Positions 24,400 through 34,858 of a stretch of 39,498 nt of DNA are shown here, piece by piece. The position numbers and the translations under genes were made by a program. Source of the stretch: Octopus bimaculoides (lineage: Eukaryota); NCBI RefSeq assembly GCF_001194135.2, contig NC_068997.1, positions 1,863,577 to 1,903,074 on the forward strand, in the 5' to 3' direction. The first letter of the stretch is position 1. Each line of letters starts with the position of its first letter. Under the pieces are notes generated by a model that saw only the letters and a program-made list of their open reading frames with translations, did not search any database and was not told the origin of the DNA.

Positions 24400-24779
24400 T
24401 TATATGTTCCAGTCATTGCACAGCGGCTATGCTTAGGCCCCGCCTTGAAAGGTTTGGTCGAAAAAATGGAACCCAGTGATTATTTTTAAAACCTACTATT
24501 TATTCTGTCGGTCGCTAACGGTGAACATTAGTCACGGGGAAGTAAACGCAACAAAACCAGTTGTCAACTGGACATGGAAGACAACTATAAAAAGCTACGC
24601 ACTCATATATTTACGTATGTATATGATGGGTTTCTAATACTTTCCACCTACCGAATCCACTCATCAAGGTTTTGGCTGGCCCGGGGTAGAGTAGAAGTCA
24701 CTTACCTGAAGTGTTACGCAGAAAGGCTGAACCTCGGATTATATGGTTGGGAAGCAAACTTCTTACAAGAGAACAGCAC

Positions 24780-24852
<73 letters not shown>
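24400..24852 (-). mobile_element. SINE (family B) fragments with a (TCTA)n tract
   Basis: Reverse complement of family B motifs (CAGTCATTG...GCGGCTATGCT, TCACGGGGAAGTAAAC, CTACCGAATCCACTCA, GGTTGGGAAGCAAACTTCTTAC); (TCTA)n at about 24778-24852. Confidence 0.65.
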
Positions 24853-24853
<1 letters not shown>

Positions 24854-25320
24854 ACGTATGTGTATATATATATATATAAATATATATATATATATTGACA
24901 AATAAATTTACTTTTATAATCATATAACAATGCAGAGAACTAAGGAGAGAATACAGAGCTCTACNNNNNNNNNNNNNNNNNNNNNNNNNNNNNNNNNNNN
25001 NNNNNNNNNNNNNNNNNNNNNNNNNNNNNNNNNNNNNNNNNNNNNNNNNNNNNNNNNNNNNNNNNNNNNNNNNNNNNNNNNNNNNNNNNNNNNNNNNNNN
25101 NNNNNNNNNNNNNNNNNNNNNNNNNNNNNNNNNNNNNNNNNNNNNNNNNNNNNNNNNNNNNNNNNNNNNNNNNNNNNNNNNNNNNNNNNNNNNNNNNNNN
25201 NNNNNNNNNNNNNNNNNNNNNNNNNNNNNNNNNNNNNNNNNNNNNNNNNNNNNNNNNNNNNNNNNNNNNNNNNNNNNNNNNNNNGAGAGAGAGAGAAAGA
25301 GAGAGAGAGAGGGAGAGAGA

Positions 25321-25779
25321 GAGGGTGATAAATTGACTATTAATTCAATTTAAAACCAAGTGGCCTAGCATATAAAAAATCTGAAAATTCAGAAAAATTG
25401 TATTACATGTGTATGAGAAGGGATGACCCCTAAGTGGACATCCTATATGCTAGAAAGAAGTCATCAACGACCCAACCACAAAGAAAAATAATGTTCTCCA
25501 AAAAAAATTTCGCAATTTAGGTTCGAAACCTTCTACACAATTCTTTTATTCTGAATATTTCTCATTTTGTCTTGCTCTGGTGTCTTGCGAAATTTTTTCT
25601 GGAGAACATTATTTTTCTTTATTATTGGGTCGTTGATGACCTAATTCTAGCATATAGGTTGTCCACTTAGTGTTCATCCCTTCTCATACACATGTAATAC
25701 AATTTTTCTGAATTTTCAGATTTTTTATATGCTAGGCCACTTGGTTTTAAATTGATTTAATATTCAATTTATCACCCTC
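25321..25779. mobile_element. Tc1/mariner-type MITE, 459 bp, with 195-bp inverted arms
   Basis: GAGGGTGATAAATTGA...TCAATTTATCACCCTC; arms 25321-25515 and 25585-25779; TA follows the right end, and the left flank is (GA)n. Confidence 0.85.
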
Positions 25780-26040
25780 TATATATAAATAATAATTTAG
25801 ATAATTATATTCTCCAGCCGGCAACATATACTGCAGTGTATTATTCTCTGCAGAATTGTTTCCGGAGTTTGGCGCGCCAGAGCTGAGATATTTTGAAAAA
25901 TAACCCCAATGTAATCGGTAGAACAGTAAACAAGTCTTATCTTATGAAGACAATTCGTGTATAGTTCTGCAAATTATATTGACTCTAGAACGATTGTGCT
26001 GACGAGAACACGGATGCTGTTACGTAAGTAAAACGTTAAT

Positions 26041-26218
26041 GTTCGAAACCTGGTGCACAATTAATTCTTTTATTCTGTATATTTCTCACTTTGTCTTGCC
26101 CTCTATACTCTGGTGTCTGCGAAATGTTTTCTGGAGAACATTATTTTTCTTTGTGGTTGGATCGTTGATGACCTCTTTCTAGCATATAGGATGTCCACTT
26201 AGTGGTCATCCCTTCTCA
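26041..26218 (+). mobile_element. Second partial copy of the 25321 MITE (spacer plus inner right arm)
   Basis: Direct repeat of about 25521-25687; runs into (CA)n and an N-gap. Confidence 0.8.
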
Positions 26219-26230
26219 CACACACACACA

Positions 26231-26272
<42 letters not shown>

Positions 26273-27015
26273 NNNNNNNNNNNNNNNNNNNNNNNNNNNN
26301 NNNNNNNNNNNNNNNNNNNNNNNNNNNNNNNNNNNNNNNNNNNNNNNNNNNNNNNNNNNNNNNNNNNNNNNNNNNNNNNNNNNNNNNNNNNNNNNNNNNN
26401 NNNNNNNNNNNNNNNNNNNNNNNNNNNNNNNNNNNNNNNNNNNNNNNNNNNNNNNNNNNNNNNNNNNNNNNNNNNNNNNNNNNNNNNNNNNNNNNNNNNN
26501 NNNNNNNNNNNNNNNNNNNNNNNNNNNNNNNNNNNNNNNNNNNNNNNNNNNNNNNNNNNNNNNNNNNNNNNNNNNNNNNNNNNNNNNNNNNNNNNNNNNN
26601 NNNNNNNNNNNNNNNNNNNNNNNNNNNTATATATATATATATATATATATGGAGAGATAGATAGATAGATACGTACGTAGGCAGATAGCTAGCTAGATCG
26701 AGAGATAGGTGGTAGGTAGGTAGGTAGGTAGGTAGAGAGAGGAGAAAGACAGAGTGAGAGAAAGAGAGAAGCAGACAGAAAGAGATAGAGATAGAGAGAG
26801 AAAGAGAAAGAAAAAAAGAAAGAAAGAAAGAAAGAAAAATCTAATTTCGATACGTACTACAGTGTCAACTCTGACCTCTTTACTCTCGGAATATCTTTAA
26901 AGCAATTTTACGATTATTTAATATGCAAGAATACGTCAATGTGATAATACCGATGTAATAAAAAGTATCTTTCAACGTTCTTTGAGCCCATCTGTACCTA
27001 GAAATATATTTACAG

Positions 27016-27073
27016 GAAGGAATCTGCTCAGAGTTAATGGAAAATTCAATGCCAATTTTTGAAAACTTTGTTG
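27016..27073 (+). CDS. Candidate internal exon EGICSELMENSMPIFENFV, unverified
   Basis: TTTACAG acceptor, open frame, TTG|GTATGG donor, phase-1 end compatible with 27252. Confidence 0.2.
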
Positions 27074-27251
27074 GTATGGAATTCCAATGTCATGGGTATA
27101 TTCGTGTTCTAAAAGCATTTTAGCATAGAAAAAGAAAACAACAAAACAAAAACTAACTATGAAAATATCTTCAGAAACTTCTGTAACATTCTGAATATTA
27201 ATGAAGCTGTGGTCTAATTGATTTTTTATTTTTTTTATTTTTCTATTTCAG

Positions 27252-27330
27252 TTCGGCTTCAGGCTATATTTAACGTTGTGGGTTTTAAAGATCATGAGGA
27301 TCGATCCGCTACCATAATCGATTGCTTTCG
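27252..27330 (+). CDS. Candidate internal exon RLQAIFNVVGFKDHEDRSATIIDCFR, unverified
   Basis: Very strong T-rich tract plus TTTCAG acceptor, only one frame open through to CG|GTAGGT donor. No confident homology. Confidence 0.35.
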
Positions 27331-28018
27331 GTAGGTGGGTTGCTCTCATATTTTATGCTAAACCGAGCAGTAAATAAGACTTACAGCCATACTGATAAAT
27401 TATTATTCACCAATATGGTATGGGTAAAATTTGCAAGCCAAATTGTTTATTAAATATTATTCTGAAGTAAACAGATACTATCCCAGATACATTTGAAAGG
27501 TAATATTGACTGTTCATTGCAACTAATGGGAATTGATGTTTAGAAACAGATATTGCATAATTCATACAGTCGATCTTTATACACACGAGCACTCGCACAC
27601 GTGTGTACATGCGCGCGCGAACATATATACACTCACACGCATATATATATATACGAATTGTAGGTAGTGCCATGTCAAATGATGTAAGATAATAGGTACG
27701 TACAATTAGTATTCAGGTCGAATTTATACCGCCTTAACTCCAAATATAATTTCAGGGCTGTGATAATTGCCTAAAGGAATATTCGCTGTAGTCATTGCAT
27801 TGACTATAAGGATAATCTACACACCTTTTTTCCTATGACCTCCATGCTAATTATCTGTGATAATTTTTTTTTTTTTACATAAACTGTTTTGTCGATAATG
27901 TAGGGATGGGGGAAAGAAAGTAATTCTTTAAATTTTTTTAAGGATAATCTGTGAACTGAAGTTAAATAAAAACTCATACAAATCAGGAATAGTTGTTGTC
28001 ATAACTTCGGATTATTAA

Positions 28019-28078
28019 TGTGGCGATCCATGTTGGCGACCATGTTGGCGATCCATGTTGGCGATCCATGTTGGCGAT
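28019..28078. repeat. 13-bp tandem repeat (GTTGGCGATCCAT), about 4.5 units
   Basis: Direct reading; one unit lacks a T. Confidence 0.9.
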
Positions 28079-28709
28079 TTGAAACTATTTCTCACAGGTT
28101 AACTGACTATTTCTCTGTTAACCATATTTGATTATTGTAGTAATGACAACGAGCTCTCACCTTCTCATAAACTTGTGCCAGTGTGTGTGTGTTGAGAAAA
28201 AGAGAGAGGGGAGAAGGAAAGAGAAAGAGAGAGAAAGAAATAGAGAGAGAAAGAAAGAGAGAGAGAAAGAAAGAGAGAGAGAGAAAGAAAGAGAGAGAGA
28301 AAGAAAGAGAGAAAGAAGTGGGAGAGATGCGTGCGTGTGCATTATATAGACGAGTATTTATATACGCACGTATGTGTATGTGTGTACATGTAGTCTAATG
28401 TAAGTGCTGATGTACATGCACAGATTCTGTTGTGTATGTGTATGCACATGCTTCCATGTTTTCTTTGATGTATTGAAAATTAAGAAGCATATAAAACATA
28501 GCTACACAAGACAATACTCACACAGATACACACATATGCAAAACATATGTAAAAGAATGATCGTTATCCGAATTCCAATGATGTAGCTTCTTTTTATTTA
28601 TTATTTGATAGACAATATCTCCCACTTTTAGGAATAATTCTAACAAATAAAGTGAAGGCTTACAAATGTCATTTAATTTCTACCCGTCGATCTCTCATTC
28701 TTCTTGCTC

Positions 28710-28755
<46 letters not shown>

Positions 28756-29029
28756 GTGTGTGTACAGGTGTGTTTTTGTGTGTTTTTGTGTGTTTGATGT
28801 GTGTGTGTAGCAACACATATATAAGCAATAGCAAACAATAGAGCTAGTTTCTTCACACACAGAAACTTCAATACAATGAAATCACAATAAAACGCATGAA
28901 TCGACAAATAAGACTTCAGGTTAATAAGAAATATGACGAATAATAATAGTCTTAAATTTTAGCCCAAACCCGGTTATTTATTTATTTATTTATTTATTTA
29001 TTATTTATTTATTTATTTGAGTGATAGTT

Positions 29030-29200
29030 GGACAGTCGATTAAATTGACCCCTGTACTCTACTAATATTTATTGACTCTGAAAGGAAATTCAAATTCGAC
29101 CTCGGTGCAATTTGAACTCAGAACATAAAGAGCCGAAAGAAATACTGCTGAGAGCGTTTTGTCTCATGCAATAACTATTCACCCATTTCGTTGCCTTAAT
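29030..29200 (-). mobile_element. SINE (family A)
   Basis: CAGTCGATTAAATTGACCCC...TTCGACCTCGG...TTTGAACTCAGAAC...GTTGCCTT, colinear with 5168-5381. Confidence 0.7.
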
Positions 29201-29789
29201 AATAATAATCCAATTCCCAATGCTATGACTATACACTTATACACCTATATGTTTCTATACACCTATATAGTCATAACTGCAGAAATAACAGTCCTAAATT
29301 ATGTATAGTTACAAAAGATGAAGGCCACCATCACGGAATAGGCAGTTGCTAAAATTAAATTTAAGTTTAGAATAGAGACTTGAGGTAGCGAAGCAAATAA
29401 AATAACTTAGATGGCAGTAGATAATCGTTTTAGAAAAAAAATTAACAAAGACGGGTACCATATGTTAATTAAATAGTTGAGAACCAATTATCAGTCACAA
29501 CTACAAACACGCGAATGTTTAATGTGTGTGCTTGAGAGTGAAAAATGGATACGACTTCAATAGTAGACTAACGAAGTAAAACGTATAACATTCTCTCAAA
29601 CTATTTTACAGAAGAGTAGCTGATTTGAACAAAAAAAAAAATCATTTCAAATCATTATGTCCCTAATTTGAGACTGCCTTCTTGAACTGGGTAAGTTCAG
29701 GTATGGACAACATTGAATTCCGTTATTTGATATACTGTACTTCCGCAATATGCGCAACTTCAACATCTTTTTAAATATTCCATATAAAT

Positions 29790-30930
29790 GTTTGGATTGA
29801 TTCTTTATTGTAGGACAATAAACATTGTAGCTTATTTCACACTCGACAAGGCATTTAACTCGGTGGACAGGGATGTGCTTTGGAGGATTCTGAAGCTGTG
29901 AGGTGTACCTCCTCAACTAGTTTGACTTATGATGGTCTTGTACACCCGAACAGTCAATGCAGTGCGGATTTGAGGCTCAACTTTTAATTTTTCCCAGTTA
30001 GATCTGGGATCCGTCAGAGTGCTGTTTGGTTCCCTTTCTGTTCAATGTCTGCAGGGATTAGGTACATGATCAAATGATGGCTCAATCGATTTATGATGCA
30101 TTCATTAGGGAAACGAAGATTGCAGACCTAGATTTTAATGATGACGCAGTCGTTCTTGCTGATTCAGGATATCTTGAGCACTCACTTTTCAGTGAGTGAG
30201 GAAGCGGACTACTTGGATTGAGAGTCTCTTGGACAAAAACCCAGTCCTTCGCTGACTTTTTGCAGACCTCCACCTCTTGTGTCTTTGATGCGAGTAAGAA
30301 TGCCGATGATGTTGACCGCTTCACTTGTCTCGGCAGTGAGATTCAGATCCGCATTAACTGCGTGTCTGAAATCCTAAAAATACTTGGACTAGCTGGTGCG
30401 GTTGTGGACACACTGGACGAGGGTGATTGGTGCTGTCGTTATCTGCGCAGTAGGATAAAGGAATCTTTAGGTCTCTGATCCTACTCTATATTTATGAGAC
30501 TTGGACACTATCCGGAGCCCTTTGCAGCTGCCTGAACTCCTTTGGCGCCAGGGCGGTGTGCAGCATTATGGGTTATCGGTTATCATTGGTCGGATATCAT
30601 ATTCAATCAACGTCTCTGCTAAGAAATTATGACACGACCAGTTACTTACATGATTCGGGGGCGCCAGTGTAAACTGTTTGGCCACGTTACTCGGTTTTCT
30701 AAGTCAGACAACACTTACTGCGTTCTCGTCACTGAGGATCTGGCTGGATAGCCAGTTTGCGTTGTTCGACCTCCCAGTCATAGTAGATGAGAAGATATCT
30801 AACAGAGACGGGCACTGACTGGGACTCTGCTCGATGGATCGCCCAGGAGGACCCTGGTATATAAAAACACGTGGTGAATATATCGACAAATGCAAAGCGC
30901 TGCAACGGCACATTCCCCGCACCTAACCTG
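29790..30930 (+). mobile_element. RTE-clade LINE relic, reverse transcriptase and C-terminal region
   Basis: LDKAFNSVDRDVLWRIL, PVRSGIRQ, PFLFN, IADLDFNDD (degenerate F/YADD), LRVSWTKTQ, VDRFTCLGS, later LFGHV; many stops and frameshifts; ends CCTAACCTGA. Confidence 0.85.
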
Positions 30931-31469
30931 AATCATCGCCAAGATAAATCCCTAAACTGCTAAAGCAAATTTCTGTCTTATTACTGTCGCTAGTTCATAA
31001 ACAACTCTCTAAACTATTATCCAACAGAATACTTGAACAGCTAACATAAAAAACAATCTGTGTATGTATTTTTTGTATATGTATGGAATACAACTGTATT
31101 AGAAACGTTTAGGTAAAACTTTGATTTAGCTAGCTATCGCTGGACAATTGTGCTCGTTACTAAACTATTTTGTACTCTTCATTGTCATATACACATGCGT
31201 TATATACACACAAACTATGCATGCAGACACAGACACTAAACATACATGCTAAATATACTGCACGCGGGTGTACGTGCGCATTGAACAATTACTCGCATGC
31301 AAATATAAGCTGGTATCTTGTGTCAAGACGTCTCTGTTTCAGGAGTCTGTGTAGTCGCAAGCAGACAAAGACACCCTTCTAGCTCTGCCACTCTTCATAC
31401 AGTGGAACATCAAGGATGTTTCAACTGGAAGGAGAGCGAGTGCTGCACTAGTATTGATTATGGTATAAT

Positions 31470-32343
31470 CCAATTTTTGGACTCCAAATATCGTCCAAGA
31501 TTGGTAAGCAATTCACTGCAGCATTAAATAGATGCCTAAAACGCATAAATACTACCGTTTATTCAACAAGCACACAGTGAAAATATCGTATGCAACTTCT
31601 TACAACATGGAGTACTACATACACAAATACCAGAACCAGAAATTGAACACACAAACAAGGTCTGTTGGTAGAGAACAAACAAATCAAAACTACACAGAAT
31701 TTAACACCAATAACCAAAATAAACAACAGATAGACAGCAAAATCTCAGATAGCGTAAAAGACGGTGACAATATAGTTGAAAAATATCCAAAAAGATCGAA
31801 CAAAACAGATTACCGATTAATCAAAGCTTCGGATACTAGAAATCAAACGGGACATCATGAAAATAGAATCAAAATGCTGCCAGATAAACATGAAAATAAT
31901 AAGAATACAATTAACTGCACATACTGTAGAAAATCTGTATGTCTGCTCCTGAACTAATGTGCTCAGAAAAACATAGTATATAAATGCATAATCTACACAT
32001 CTCAACATAATTACGTGTACATAGGTGCCACTGAAAACCAATTCAAAATCTATTATCGAAACCACATCTCGTCATTCCGAAAAATAAATAGACAGCACAC
32101 GACCTCGCTGGCAGACCTCATATGAGGACTGAAAGAATTAAAAATTAAATACCAAATAGAATGGTCAAAAGAGAAAAAAATGCACATCCATGAACTTCAC
32201 TATCCGGCAAATGTGACTTTTGCCTTGAGGAAGCACTGAGTATTCTGCTGAGTAATGAAAATCTAGTGAATAAACATGATGAGAAAATTCCAAAATGTAA
32301 CCACCGTGCCAAATATGCATTTCTCAGAAGGAACAGGGTATAA
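31470..32343 (+). mobile_element. Penelope-like element relic, linker plus GIY-YIG endonuclease
   Basis: WYNP...IGKQF, PKTHKYYRLFNKHTVKISY, NCTYCRKSVC, KNIVYKC...YVYIGATENQFKIYYRNHISSFR, GKCDFCLEE, NKHDEKIPKCNHRAKY; frameshifted. Confidence 0.88.
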
Positions 32344-32838
32344 ATTATAACTATTATTATTCTATCTCGCTAAATGCATTTCTTACCGCCTTCACGTATG
32401 TATAGGAGTGTGTATGTATGATGGAACGTTCAGCGATATAACTATGTTGATATAACAATGTATATCGAAATAAGTAGATAAATGTATAAGCGTCTATGTA
32501 TAGATGTGAATGTGTTTATTGATATGTAGGTGAGTATATGTATGCGTGTGTGCATCTGAATATATGTACATATATTTCATATATACGCATGTATGTGTGT
32601 ACGTGTCTGCGTGTGAGTGTATGTGTGTATGTGTGTATGTGTAATGGTACAGATTGGCATGTGCAGAATAACATGTTGAAACTGAATATATAAACAGACA
32701 ACATACACATTGCAGCTCATGTCGAACGTGATGACACACTCATACTGGGCGAATTGAAACCGTCAGCGTTTGAAAGAAGAGGCCATGGATGTTGCAGCAT
32801 GGAAATCTAAATTTTGGTTACGGAGACAGCAACTGAGT

Positions 32839-32955
32839 ATCGCCTGAGGAGATACATATAAACCTTCTTATACAGGTAAATCGTTAAATAATTTAATTTT
32901 AACTTTAAATCCTGTATATACGAGGATCTGTATGTATCGAAACATTTGTAGCGAT
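32839..32955 (+). ncRNA. Minimal type I hammerhead ribozyme with extended stem II
   Basis: Stem I ATCGC (32839-43) / GCGAT (32951-55); core CTGAGGA (32844-50); stem II GATACATA/TATGTATC plus TATACAGG/CCTGTATA plus GTTAAA/TTTAAC; GAAA (32939-42); stem III AC-ATTT-GT; GUA cleavage triplet ending at 32950. Confidence 0.8.
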
Positions 32956-33369
32956 TAAAAAGCTGCCTAACCGTACTTACTCTTCCTTTTGACTTTTGAC
33001 TTTTTTTCTTTTTACATATACATACATATATGTCTGTATGAGTTAGAGGTTAATAAACCATCTAAGGGATTATTAGATATCCAATATTATACTGGATGTA
33101 TACCTACGTATTTTTAACCAAGTGCTTACTATTGCATGGTAATATTGCAATTGATAACTAGGTATGGGTGGGGGTAAATTGGAAATTTATCCAGGATTTA
33201 TAAGGCAAATAAGAAAATGCAGAGGATATAAAATTGACAAACATCAGCCAGTAAGCATTCCATTATATCTATTTATTAAATGATAACAGATATGTGTTTA
33301 AGTGGTACAAGTAAACGAATGAGATCAGCCAATTAAAACGTAAACAGATATATATAGAAAGATGAACGG

Positions 33370-34540
33370 CTAATAATAGATGAGTGTACAGATACAAATC
33401 ACTTACGGCCGTTTCTACCATGAGGCCTCAGAATCTTCCAAGTCATCCTCATCACGTCAGTGATATACAGGGATGAACAAACACTGGACAGAGATTGGGT
33501 AATGCTTGAGCCTCAAGGCTTCTTCAGAGGGTACAAATGTTAGGAAACTAACATTTGGGAAATTCATTTAGGATAATAGAGTAGGGTAAATAAGGTATGA
33601 TAGAGTAAAATAGGTAAAAGTAAAAATAAAAAATAATGTAATGTAATGTAATAGGCATGGTAAGGAAAAGTAAGAACTTCATTTTAAGGTGTTATTACAA
33701 CCCATGGTATTCCATCCTGTAGTAAGTAAGTAAAGTCACTTTCAGGAGATATATCCCTAGGCTGCGGTTTACAGCGTGTTTCCATTATACTGAGGGAAAT
33801 AGTGAAGGTTGTATATTATGTGATGGATTTAATGGTGTGGTCCATTTTACAGGGATTAGAGGCTAAACGCTATAGCGATATTAAAGGTGTTGGCCGAAAT
33901 AATTTAAATTGAACATGTTAGGGGGAAAATAATACATAAATACATTAATGAAAGAAAAATGGTAAGACCTTAGTGCGATTTTAACATTTGTTACCTATTG
34001 GCTGAAAACTCATCCCAGTACCTTTATGCGTAGTAGGGTAAGGTCAAGGTCAATTCTACAACCTAATTGGTCAGCTGACATTTAAAAACAATGGCTACTC
34101 CTTACGGTCTTTCGCGACATTTTACTAATGTTGTACGATTTCATTGTTTCTTGGTCGTGTCCATTAGTGAATGAACCCTTCTGCCCAAGCTACATTATAG
34201 GTTAGCGTATTCTCGAGGGTCGCATAGTGTTACAGCTTCCATTAAGGGTGATTATTTTACAAAGATTTAGATTCTCCTTGTTTGTTTTTTGCCAGTATTT
34301 TTCCTGGTTTTAAATACTTCTCTCATTCGTAAACTTGTTTCGAAAAAACGTCGTAAGCCGACGTATGTCATGACTACAATTAAGATAAGAAATCGTATAA
34401 TGCACCTGCAAAATCAGTTGATATAATACTATTGTGATTGGTTCCTTCCCAGGAACTTGTAAATTTTTTAATAAGACAGTAAATGCGGCTTGACACTTAC
34501 GCACTGCCCCAGACAGGAATGGAATTGCAACTTAAATATT
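33370..34540 (-). mobile_element. Highly decayed Penelope-like element (GIY-YIG relic plus 3' region)
   Basis: Scattered motifs on the minus strand in the expected order at about 34090-34530: CN..PV.G.C, MTYVGL, FFRNKFTN, W.L, CSL, RNNEI, KCRER; hammerhead-like motif at the distal end. Confidence 0.5.
33398..33464 (-). ncRNA. Degenerate type I hammerhead motif
   Basis: Minus strand ATCACT-GACGTG-ATGAGG...CCTCAT-GGTA-GAAACGGCCGTA-AGTGAT: palindromic ACGGCCGT stem III, GUA site and ATCACT/AGTGAT stem I present, but the CUGANGA register is disrupted. Confidence 0.5.
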
Positions 34541-34699
34541 AATGAACTTTTGTTTATTCAACTGGAAGCGTTTTCATAACGTTTCTCCTCAATATAAAAG
34601 TACACGAAATACATAACATCTGAGTAAAAATCAACATCTTTCTTCAATAGTCAAAGCCCGTTGCATTATCAACATTATCCCCACTATCAGTAATATTCT

Positions 34700-34858
34700 T
34701 TCTACTCTAGGCACAAGGTCTGCAATATTTGGGGAGGCGGGGTGCAGTCGATTAGATCGACCCCAGTACGCAATTGGTATTTAATTTATCGACCCTAAAT
34801 GATGAAAGGCAAAGTCGAATTTGAACTCAGAACGCAAAGACAGACGAAATACCGCCAA
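34700..34858 (-). mobile_element. SINE (family A)
   Basis: CTACTCTAGGCACAAGG...CAGTCGATTAGATCGACCCCAGTACGCAA...GATGAAAGGCAAAGTCG...TTTGAACTCAGAACG...GAAATACCGC. Confidence 0.8.

Noticed and set aside
27385-27450. WLANFTHTILVNNNLSVW, reminiscent of Cys-loop receptor ligand-binding strands, ending at a GTAAGT donor
   Set aside because: Two in-frame stops lie immediately upstream with no AG acceptor between them and the motif.
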